Positions 55,544 through 64,000 of a DNA stretch of 64,000 nucleotides are shown piece by piece. The notes beneath the pieces were generated by a model, which was not told the origin of the DNA, made no database searches, and worked only from the letters and a program-made list of their open reading frames with translations. Made by a program: the position numbers and the translations under genes. Source of the stretch: Sedimentisphaerales bacterium (lineage in GTDB: Bacteria; Planctomycetota; Phycisphaerae; Sedimentisphaerales; SM23-30); contig CAXXFK010000032.1 in the NCBI GenBank assembly GCA_963663965.2, positions 1 to 64,000 on the forward strand, read 5' to 3'. Numbering within the stretch: the stretch's first letter is position 1; the number at the start of each line of letters is the position of its first letter.

Positions 55544-56596
55544 CTTCATGTCTCTTCATGTTCTTCATGGTATAAATTCTTATATTCTATCATTTTGTAT
55601 CTATCTCCTGATACAAAACCTGATTCTGACAGATCAACTCAGCATTAATCTTTCCTTGCTTTATCCTGTAAATCCTGTGATCCCAAAGCTAAAATCCCGG
55701 CCAACATAACTCAACCGGGCATAAAATATATTTTACCAACCCACCCCCCATTCTCCAACAAAAAAACAAGTGGCACGGGCATCCTGCCCGTGATTTTTTC
55801 TCATTCCTACATCCCCCGGCCTGCCACGACCATCCCACCCGTAATTCCCCCTTTCCGTCCTTTTCGTCTTTTTCCCCTTTTTGCCTTTTTTCCCCACCGT
55901 ATGGAGTTCACGTTTCAACGTGTTTTTAAAAAAATCGCTCTTTGAAAACCAAATACCATCAACCCAAAGCATGGCCCCTCTCTTTTTTGCTGCATTTTTC
56001 CCCTTATATGTCTATAACATATTATATTACAAACACTTACACCTGATCCCTTCCGTACTACAATCCTTTATTTCTTTGTTTTCTTAGCAAGCTTTTTGTT
56101 CTTATGTTTTATAAGCGAAGTAATAACTTCATCTTACAAGATATTTTCATGGTCCCGAACTTTTTATCCTGTTGATCCTGTGATCCTGTCTAAATGGCTG
56201 TTTATCTTTGCGGCTTTGCGGCTTTGTGTGAACTATTTCTTATTTGGTTGCGGCTTGACCGCCCTGTGTGTTCCGTGTGTTCCGTGGCTATAAACTATTA
56301 TATTATAATGACTTATGCATATTCACCCTTCCCCGGCCCAATATAACGTCTCTCCAACACGAAACAAACCCAATCCCATCCAAAATCATTATAACTTATT
56401 ATTAAACATCAATATACAGCACCTATTTTCCAAACACTTAACATATTTTTGCATCAATCAATGTCAATTCGAGATCATTCGCGGTCAACCTTCCTGGCTG
56501 TTTTCCAGGCGGCCATGCGACTGCGTGGGCGCTCTATATTTCTTTCCTTGTTTCTGGTCCCCGATACCCACCCGATCGCCAAACGAACCCAATCAT
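55544..56596 (+). repeat. Cluster of REP-like palindromes and short triplicated repeats
   Basis: CTTCATG x3, ATCCTGT x2-3 (twice), GTGG-CACGGGCA-TCC-TGCCCGTG, CACGTT-TC-AACGTG, CTTTGCGG x3, TGTGTTCCG x2, AAAC(A/G)AACCCAAT x2. Confidence 0.7.
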
Positions 56597-56709
56597 ACCC
56601 ATCTTAACACAATCCGGTTCATCTACACCTATGGTCAACATAGACAAGCTGGTGATAGAAGTTACAAATCATCCGCCCCCATCCAACCCGCATCCCCATT
56701 CCAAATACC

Positions 56710-56738
56710 TTGACTTAAATCACCAGCCCTATTATATT
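56710..56738 (+). promoter_or_regulatory. Sigma70-type promoter for the peptidase
   Basis: TTGACT-N17-TATATT. Confidence 0.55.
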
Positions 56739-56790
56739 CCAGTCTGCTTTTCAACTTATGTCTGTAACTCATTTTAAAACGGAGAATAAC

Positions 56791-58488
56791 ATGAACACAC
56801 GTCGGCTCCCGATCAATCCCGTTTATTCCCTACTATTGATCTCTTTCACCTTCATCAGCCTGACTGGTTGCATGAATACCCAGGAAAAACAAACCCAACT
56901 TCTCATTAACCACCATGTTGCCAAATTCGACCCCCTCTATGCCGATATGGGCCGGGCCTATTATACCGCTCAGGTTACCGGCGCCGAGTCCGATTACGAC
57001 AAAGTCGAAAAACTGGAACTGGAAATCAACAACTTATACCTCGACCGCGACAACTTCGAACTTATCAAAGAATTAAAAGACTCCGGCCAGGTAACCGAAT
57101 TGCGACTCGCCCGCCAGCTGCAACGGTTATACCTGGCATTCCTGACCAGCCAGATGGATCCCGACCTGCTCAAGGAAAGCATCAAACTGCAAAACAGCAT
57201 CACCGAAAAATACAACAACTATCGCGGCAGTATTGACGGCGAAAAAGTCACTATGACCGAAATTTACCGTATCATGACCACCGAAAAAGATGTCGCCTTA
57301 CGCGAAAAAGCCTGGCGTGCCTCCAAAGAGGTCGGCCCCGCGATCGTCGATGATTACCTGCGTCTGGTCCAGATGCGCAACCAACTGGCCCAACAGGCCG
57401 GCTTCCCCAACTACCACACCTACCTGCTGACGGTGGGCGAACAATCCGTCGAAGATCTCGACAAGCTCTTCGCCGAACTCGACAATCTCACCGTTGGTCC
57501 ATTCAAAGCGTTAAAAGCCGAACTGGATGAAATCCTCGCCAAGGACTATGGCATCGGCGTCGCCGAACTCAGACCGTGGCACTATCACGATCCTTTCTTC
57601 CAGAGAACCCCCCTGGTTTACGAACTCAACCTGGATCAATATTACGCCAAATCCAATGTCGGACAATTATGCATCGATTATTACGCCGGTATCGGCACTC
57701 CGGTTGATGACATCATGGCCCGCAGCGATCTCTACGACAAACCCGGCAAAAACCCCCACGCCTTTGCCCAGGATATCGATCGCCACGGCGATGTCCGTAT
57801 TCTTGCCAATATCGCCAACGATGAACGCTGGATGGAAACCATGCTCCACGAACTGGGCCATGCCGTTTATTCCAAATATCATGATCCGGCCGAACCCTAT
57901 CTCCTCCGTGAGCAGGCCCATCCCTTCACCACCGAAGCCGTTGCCATGTTCTTCGGCCGCCTGTCCCGTAACGCCGCCTGGATGCAAACCATGCTCAAGC
58001 TGACAGACGACCAGCGAAACGAACTGGAAGCTGTGGCTTCAAAATACCTCCGCTTCCAGCAAATCCTGTTCGCACGCTGGGCGCTGGTCATGTACAATTT
58101 CGAAAAAGCCGTTTACGCCGACCCCCAACAGGACCTGAACACCCTCTGGTGGGATTTAGTGGAAAAATATCAGCTCGTTACCCGCCCCGCAGGCAAACCA
58201 GACGCCGGCTGGGCCTCTAAACTCCACTTCACCTTCGCCCCCTGCTACTATCACAATTACATGCTGGGCGAACTCCTGGCCTCCCAATGGCACCATTATA
58301 TTATCAACAATGTCTTAAAACTCGATTCCGATAAAGATTTCGATTATTGCAACAATCCTCGCATCGGAAAATACTTTATCAAAAACGTTTACGGCCCGGG
58401 CGCCCTGTACCACTGGAACGAAATGATCCGCCGCAGCACCGGCGAAGAACTGACTGCCAAATACTTCGTCGATCAATTCGTAAACTGA
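56791..58488 (+). CDS. Zn metallopeptidase, M3/M2 (oligopeptidase/peptidyl-dipeptidase) type, probable lipoprotein
   Basis: HELGH zinc motif, TEAVAM third ligand, HF...YYHNY; lipobox LTGC; GGAGA RBS before ATG 56791. Confidence 0.85.
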   Translation: MNTRRLPINPVYSLLLISFTFISLTGCMNTQEKQTQLLINHHVAKFDPLYADMGRAYYTAQVTGAESDYDKVEKLELEINNLYLDRDNFELIKELKDSGQVTELRLARQLQRLYLAFLTSQMDPDLLKESIKLQNSITEKYNNYRGSIDGEKVTMTEIYRIMTTEKDVALREKAWRASKEVGPAIVDDYLRLVQMRNQLAQQAGFPNYHTYLLTVGEQSVEDLDKLFAELDNLTVGPFKALKAELDEILAKDYGIGVAELRPWHYHDPFFQRTPLVYELNLDQYYAKSNVGQLCIDYYAGIGTPVDDIMARSDLYDKPGKNPHAFAQDIDRHGDVRILANIANDERWMETMLHELGHAVYSKYHDPAEPYLLREQAHPFTTEAVAMFFGRLSRNAAWMQTMLKLTDDQRNELEAVASKYLRFQQILFARWALVMYNFEKAVYADPQQDLNTLWWDLVEKYQLVTRPAGKPDAGWASKLHFTFAPCYYHNYMLGELLASQWHHYIINNVLKLDSDKDFDYCNNPRIGKYFIKNVYGPGALYHWNEMIRRSTGEELTAKYFVDQFVN

Positions 58489-58511
58489 TTCCCGATTCAT
58501 CGGATATCAAT

Positions 58512-58542
58512 AAAAAAGGCCGCCGGTTTTAATCGGCGGCCT
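58512..58542 (-). terminator. Terminator between the convergent peptidase and araA
   Basis: AGGCCGCCG / CGGCGGCCT stem with an A-tract on the left. Confidence 0.7.
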
Positions 58543-58560
58543 ACAGGCAAAACAAATCCT

Positions 58561-60066
58561 TTAAAGGCCTTTAGCCATCATATAATACATCTCATTATAC
58601 CGTATTTCCTTCTTAAAGCAGGAAATACAGGTATTCTCATCAATCAGCAGATATTCCAGATCGGCCATTTCCGCGTAATCTTCCATATATTCAGCCGTCA
58701 ATGCCTGACTGAATCCGGTATGATGCGCCCCGCCGGCCAGAATCCATGCTCCCGCCGCCACTTTCAGATTGGGCTTGGGCACCCACACCGCCCGGGCAAC
58801 CGGCAACTTCGGCAGATCGGCGTCCGGCGCCACACATTCTACCGTATTGACCAGTAAACGGAAACGGTTCCCCATATCCATTATAGATGCGTTCAGCGCC
58901 GGTCCACTGGAAACATTAAACACCAGCCGGGCAGGATCGGCCTTGCCGCCAATACCCAATTGGTGTATTTCCAGCTTCGATTTACCCTGTCCAATCGTCG
59001 GACAGACTTCCAGCATATGAGCGCCTAACACCTTCGGCCCCTTGGGATCGAGATGATAGGTATAATCTTCCATAAACGAAGTCCCGCCCGGCAATCCCGC
59101 CGCCATCACTTTCATCGCCCGCACCAGCGCGGCCGTTTTCCAGTCGCCTTCAGCGCCAAAACCATAGCCATCGGCCATTAAACGCTGAACCGCCAGGCCC
59201 GGCAACTGTTCCAGTCCATGCAAATCTTCAAAAGTGGTGGTAAATGCCTTAAAACCACCCTTTTCCAGAAACGCACGCATTCCCACTTCAATCTTGGCTG
59301 CGGCTCGCAGATTGTCGTGACAGGCTCCGCCTTGGGCGGCATTGGCGGCAATTTCATATTCACCTAGATAAGTTGCCACCATCTGATCGATTTCAGCGTC
59401 TGACACCTGATTGACACATTTTACCAGATCGCCAACGCCATAGCCATTTACCGAATAACCAAATTTTTTCTGTGCTTCGACTTTGTCGCCTTCCGTTACG
59501 GCCACTTCTCGCATATTGTCGCCCCAGCGGGCAATTTTGGCGCCCTGACTATCGTACCACGCGCAGGCGGCACGAGCCCAGACACCCAGTTTCTGCTGTA
59601 CCTCTTCTTCCTGCCAGAAACCCACTACTACTTTGCGGTTCTTACGCAATCGGCTGCAGATAAATCCAAACTCCCGGCATCCATGCGCCGACTGGTTCAG
59701 GTTCATAAAATCCATATCGATCTTATCCCAGGGAATATCCCGGTTATACTGAGTATGCAGATGGGCGAATGGCTTTTTCAAATTACTCAAACCGGCTATC
59801 CACATCTTCGCCGGTGAAAAGGTATGCATCCAGGTAATCAAACCCACACAATTGGGAGTAGTATTAGCCTCTACACAAAGATTATAAATCTCTTCCGGCC
59901 GGGTCAGCACCGGTTTAAAAACTACTTTCACTGGAATCTGAACTGATTTATCCAGAAAGGCCGCAATTTCCTTGGAATGCGTGGCGACCTGTTTAAGGGT
60001 TTCATCACCATATAAATGCTGGCTACCCGTTACAAACCATACCTCATACTGCTTAAGATCAATCAT
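58561..60066 (-). CDS. araA: L-arabinose isomerase
   Basis: [62 protein letters not shown]. Confidence 0.97.
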   Translation of the reverse strand: MIDLKQYEVWFVTGSQHLYGDETLKQVATHSKEIAAFLDKSVQIPVKVVFKPVLTRPEEIYNLCVEANTTPNCVGLITWMHTFSPAKMWIAGLSNLKKPFAHLHTQYNRDIPWDKIDMDFMNLNQSAHGCREFGFICSRLRKNRKVVVGFWQEEEVQQKLGVWARAACAWYDSQGAKIARWGDNMREVAVTEGDKVEAQKKFGYSVNGYGVGDLVKCVNQVSDAEIDQMVATYLGEYEIAANAAQGGACHDNLRAAAKIEVGMRAFLEKGGFKAFTTTFEDLHGLEQLPGLAVQRLMADGYGFGAEGDWKTAALVRAMKVMAAGLPGGTSFMEDYTYHLDPKGPKVLGAHMLEVCPTIGQGKSKLEIHQLGIGGKADPARLVFNVSSGPALNASIMDMGNRFRLLVNTVECVAPDADLPKLPVARAVWVPKPNLKVAAGAWILAGGAHHTGFSQALTAEYMEDYAEMADLEYLLIDENTCISCFKKEIRYNEMYYMMAKGL

Positions 60067-60133
60067 AACTATCTCCTTGACAGGTTTTTATAAATTATCG
60101 CAAGCCTTAAAGTATCTAAACTTTGCAAAACCG

Positions 60134-60171
60134 TCAATAATCTTGTTAAATTAGTAAACTTAGATTATTGA
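60134..60171. promoter_or_regulatory. Inverted repeat (candidate operator) overlapping a putative araA -35
   Basis: TCAATAATCT-N18-AGATTATTGA; minus-strand TTGACG at 60137-60132. Confidence 0.45.
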
Positions 60172-60265
60172 TTATAATTTGTAAGACCACCTCGCAAAAC
60201 GCCATATTTAGCTTTTTATTAACCATATTGCCGAATTTATGATTTTATTTGCCTGAACAATGATC

Positions 60266-60274
60266 TGTGGATAA
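60266..60274 (-). promoter_or_regulatory. Perfect DnaA box
   Basis: TGTGGATAA on + = TTATCCACA on -. Confidence 0.4.
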
Positions 60275-60412
60275 TGCCCGGTAAAAATAAGGCGCTTTTT
60301 ATAGTAAAAATCATAAACCAGGATGTCATATTGGCAGACCAATTATTTATTTCAACTATTCTTAAAATATATCATTCTATCTTTCAAACACTTATAATAC
60401 TATTGATTTTAT

Positions 60413-60428
60413 TGGCACAAGGTTTGCT
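60413..60428 (+). promoter_or_regulatory. Sigma54 (-24/-12) promoter of clpB
   Basis: TGGCAC-AAGGT-TTGCT matches TGGCAC-N5-TTGCW, ~40 bp upstream of the ATG. Confidence 0.7.
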
Positions 60429-60469
60429 CTCTATATTCTTTAATTTAAATCCAAGCTAAAGGAGAGCCT

Positions 60470-63061
60470 ATGAACTTCGATAAATTCACCAGTAACGCGC
60501 GTCAGGCGCTGGGTGCCTGCCAGGAACTGGCCCAGACAAACGGTCATTCGACCATTACACCGTTACATTTACTGGCAGCATTGCTGGAAGAACGGGAAAA
60601 TGGCATTGTCCTGCCATTATTAAATAAGGCCGGTGGCTCGGCTGAACAGATCAAAAGCCTGGTTGATAACGAATTAAAACGCCTCCCACGGGTAAGTGGC
60701 AATACTCAGCTTACCGGCGACGCCGCCTTAAATAAAGTGCTGATAGGCGCAAAAAAGGAAGCCGAAACTCTCAAGGATGAGTACGTCAGCGTGGAACATC
60801 TGTTGCTGGCGCTGTTGGAAGTCGCCAGTCCCGCGCAGGATATTTTGATGGTCAGCGCGGTTAAGCGTCAGGCGTTAATGAAAGCCATTACAGAGATTCG
60901 CGGCAATCAACGGGTGACGGATGAGAATCCGGAAGAGCGTTATCAAGCCCTGGAACGTTATGGTATCGATTTAATCGAACTGGCGCGCAAAGGCAAACTG
61001 GATCCGGTAATCGGCCGGGATGACGAAATCCGCCGGTGCATGGAAGTTTTGAACCGGCGAACCAAAAATAATCCTGTTTTAATCGGAGAGCCGGGTGTGG
61101 GCAAAACCGCTATCGTAGAAGGTCTGGCCCAGCGGATTGTCAACGGAGATGTCCCGTCCGGTTTAAAAAACAAAAAGGTTATTGGGTTGGATATGGGCGC
61201 GCTGATTGCGGGCGCTAAATTCCGGGGTGAATTTGAAAATCGCCTGAAAGCGGTATTGAAAGAGGTCACAGAATCGAATGGCGGGATTATCCTGTTTATT
61301 GATGAATTACATCTGGTCGTGGGCGCGGGCAAAGCTGAAGGCGCGGTAGATGCGGGCAATCTGTTGAAACCGGCCCTGGCGCGCGGACAGGTCCATTGCA
61401 TTGGTGCGACAACGCTGGATGAATATCGGCAGTATATCGAAAAAGACGCGGCCCTGGAACGGCGATTTCAACCTATTTTGATCAATGAACCCTCGGTGGA
61501 AGACACCATCGCGATTCTGAGAGGATTGAAATCACGCTACGACACCCATCATGGCGTGCGTATCACCGACAGCGCGCTGGTCGCGGCGGCGACTCTTAGC
61601 CACCGGTATATCGCGGACCGGTTTTTGCCGGACAAAGCCATTGACCTGATCGACGAGGCAGCTTCACGTCTGCGCATTGAAAACGATTCCATGCCCAGCG
61701 AACTGGATGAATTGAACCGGCGGGTCATGCAATTACAGATCGAACGAGAGGCGCTCAAAAAGGAGTCTGACGATGGCTCCAGACAGCGGCTGGATAAACT
61801 CAACAAACAACTGGCTGATCTGCAGGAAGAACAGCGGGCGATGCAGGCACGCTGGGAATCGGAAGTGGGCGTATTGAATGATATCAAGGCGCTTCGCGAA
61901 GAAATCGATCAAAAACGGAATGAGTTTCAAGAAGCTCAACGCTGCGGGGATCTGGAAACAGCCGCACGCTTGATGTATGGCACCATTGTCGATCTGGAAA
62001 AGCATCTGGATGAAAAAGAAAAACAAGCCGAAGAGAAGCAAAATGGCAATACCATGGTGCGTGAGGAGGTAACCCCTGAAGAGATCGCGCAAGTGGTCGC
62101 GCGCTGGACGGGAATTCCAGTGTCCGCATTGATGAGTGGAGAGCGTGAGCGATTAATGCAAATGGAAACCCTGCTCAAAACGCGAGTCGTGGGCCAGGAT
62201 GAAGCTGTGGCCGCGGTCAGCAACGCCGTGCGGCGCGCCCGGGCTGGCCTGGGTGATCCCAATCGGCCTGTCGGCAGTTTTATCTTCCTGGGCCCAACGG
62301 GAGTGGGCAAAACCGAATTATGCAAGGCCCTGGCTGAATTTTTATTCAATGACGAGCGGGCCGTGGTGCGAATCGATATGAGTGAGTTTATGGAACAGCA
62401 TAGTGTCTCGCGGATGATTGGCGCGCCGCCCGGCTATGTCGGCTATGAAGAAGGCGGCGTTCTGACCGAAGCGATTCGCCGGCGACCCTATAGCGTCATT
62501 CTGCTGGATGAAATCGAAAAAGCCCATCGCGATGTCTTTAATGTGCTTTTACAGGTGCTCGACGACGGCCGGCTCACGGATGGCCAGGGCCGCACGGTAG
62601 ACTTTAAAAACACGGTCATTATCATGACCAGCAATCTGGCCGGCGCCCAGATCCAGCAACTCAGTCTGGAGGATGGCAGCGACTGGGAGATCGACGCGCA
62701 TGTTCATGAGGCGTTAAAACAGCATTTCCGGCCGGAGTTTTTAAACCGGATCGATGAAATTATTATATTCCATTCTTTGAAAAAAGAGCACTTGTACCAG
62801 ATCGTCGATATTCAACTGGGCTATTTACGCCGGCGATTGCTGCAACAACAGATGGGGCTGGAGTTTACGGATAACGCCCGCGATCTGATATTGGAAGAAG
62901 GTTACGATCTGGCTTACGGCGCCCGTCCGCTCAAACGCGCTATTCAGCAGAAACTGGAGAATCCGCTGGCTCAACGGATCCTGACGGGTGAATTTGTTGA
63001 AGGCGATACGATTCATGTGAATGCGCACAGCCACCAGTTTACCTTTGAAAAACAGGTTTAA
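60470..63061 (+). CDS. clpB: ATP-dependent chaperone ClpB
   Basis: Two AAA+ modules ([16 protein letters not shown]), coiled-coil middle domain, [22 protein letters not shown]. Confidence 0.96.
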   Translation: MNFDKFTSNARQALGACQELAQTNGHSTITPLHLLAALLEERENGIVLPLLNKAGGSAEQIKSLVDNELKRLPRVSGNTQLTGDAALNKVLIGAKKEAETLKDEYVSVEHLLLALLEVASPAQDILMVSAVKRQALMKAITEIRGNQRVTDENPEERYQALERYGIDLIELARKGKLDPVIGRDDEIRRCMEVLNRRTKNNPVLIGEPGVGKTAIVEGLAQRIVNGDVPSGLKNKKVIGLDMGALIAGAKFRGEFENRLKAVLKEVTESNGGIILFIDELHLVVGAGKAEGAVDAGNLLKPALARGQVHCIGATTLDEYRQYIEKDAALERRFQPILINEPSVEDTIAILRGLKSRYDTHHGVRITDSALVAAATLSHRYIADRFLPDKAIDLIDEAASRLRIENDSMPSELDELNRRVMQLQIEREALKKESDDGSRQRLDKLNKQLADLQEEQRAMQARWESEVGVLNDIKALREEIDQKRNEFQEAQRCGDLETAARLMYGTIVDLEKHLDEKEKQAEEKQNGNTMVREEVTPEEIAQVVARWTGIPVSALMSGERERLMQMETLLKTRVVGQDEAVAAVSNAVRRARAGLGDPNRPVGSFIFLGPTGVGKTELCKALAEFLFNDERAVVRIDMSEFMEQHSVSRMIGAPPGYVGYEEGGVLTEAIRRRPYSVILLDEIEKAHRDVFNVLLQVLDDGRLTDGQGRTVDFKNTVIIMTSNLAGAQIQQLSLEDGSDWEIDAHVHEALKQHFRPEFLNRIDEIIIFHSLKKEHLYQIVDIQLGYLRRRLLQQQMGLEFTDNARDLILEEGYDLAYGARPLKRAIQQKLENPLAQRILTGEFVEGDTIHVNAHSHQFTFEKQV

Positions 63062-63073
63062 CCGGTATGCTCT

Positions 63074-64000
63074 TTAAGGCTGCGGACGCTCCAACTGGAA
63101 AAGCGCCTCGCTGAGGGACGGAAAAGCCGCAGGCGTAACCTGTGGTTTGGTCAGGGTGCCGGTTACCCGGAACTGGACCAGTTGAGGCCGGATCGCCTCA
63201 TAAAGGCTTGAAACGATCGGAACACTGGGAAGATAACGCGGCGTATCGACCACAAATACCAGGTCGAGCCCGCTTTTTTTCTGATCTGGCGGTGCCGGGT
63301 CAGGGATTAATCCACCCCAGGCGTAACCGGCTCCAGTCAGTGAAAGGGCGCTGCCCTGCAGAACCACTGTCTCGAGCCGGAGTTTTTCTGGCATGATATC
63401 CCCTTTTATCCGGGCCATATTAAAGGCCCCCGGCTTGGGCAGTGTCAGATTAATGACATGCATAAACTGGGCGAACAATGGCAATTCCCCTAAACGGGTA
63501 TTATCCATGGCAAGGTAAAAACCGCCCCGGCGCGGTTCATCAGCTTTGGGAACCAGAAGATTGATCCAGCCGCCTATCGTACCAGGTAGAGACTGTGTCG
63601 TATTATCAGAAGGTACCAGATCGGCCACGGGCACATCGATAACTGGATTTCCGCGTTATATCCACCCTGCGTATTAAACACCAGGCCTCCGGTGCCCGCG
63701 ATACGCCCCTGACCAAGTTTCCCGGATAGATTCGCGATATTTATTTTCTGATGATCGCTATCATAATCAAAGTTACCGGTTAGATCACTTAATCCGATAT
63801 GACGATAGTCAAAAGCCAATCCGTTAAAATGACCCGATAGCGACATGCCTGAACCTTCTGCTGCCGGCATGTTTAATTTGCCATTGATTTTTCCGGCAAT
63901 GTTGCCGATAGCAAGCGGCCCTTCAATTTTACCATGCTGTAGCTGGGTATCCACTGTCATTTGCCATCCGCCCGAGGCTTCGGATTGCCGCTGCCAGCCA
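63074..64000 (-). CDS. C-terminal part of an AsmA-like protein (frameshift near 63630; starts outside the window)
   Basis: Beta-strand-rich sequence ending LQGSALSLTGAG...QFRVTGTLTKPQV, typical of AsmA-like C-termini. Confidence 0.55.

Noticed and set aside
55544..56596. CRISPR array
   Set aside because: No constant 23-47-bp repeat with unique, regularly sized spacers, and no cas genes
55733..56713. Short ORFs in the repeat cluster (79, 68, 65 and 132 aa)
   Set aside because: Low-complexity translations of repeats with no clear RBS or motifs

Overview
Bacterial chromosomal window, most likely from a Planctomycetota (Phycisphaerae/Sedimentisphaerales-like) genome; this is inferred from the protein families present. 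Left to right: (1) the start of a type II secretion operon with an unusually long ~1,680-aa secretin carrying nine Secretin_N-like repeats, a lipoprotein and a repeat-extended GspC-like protein; (2) an ECF sigma/FecR pair; (3) two related class IIC group II introns stacked head-to-tail directly behind a Rho-independent terminator, one with an RT ORF and one with a ~1.07-kb microhomology-bounded deletion; (4) GH57/GT4 alpha-glucan genes, an aconitase, a DUF1080 protein and a PAS histidine kinase (the last three frameshifted, probably indel errors); (5) an HzsA-like diheme protein, a Tat oxidoreductase, a Na+/sugar symporter and an aldo-keto reductase lacking its catalytic Tyr/Lys; (6) three large secreted proteins (3445, 1133 and 2157 aa) sharing a dockerin-like motif near the C-terminus; (7) a mosaic of REP-like and short triplicated repeats at 55.5-56.6 kb; (8) a Zn peptidase, araA, sigma54-promoted clpB and an AsmA-like gene. 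The + strand is strongly C-rich/G-poor from ~43.5 to 60 kb regardless of gene orientation and appears to flip at the araA/clpB spacer, which holds one perfect DnaA box. No rRNA, tRNA or CRISPR array was recognised.
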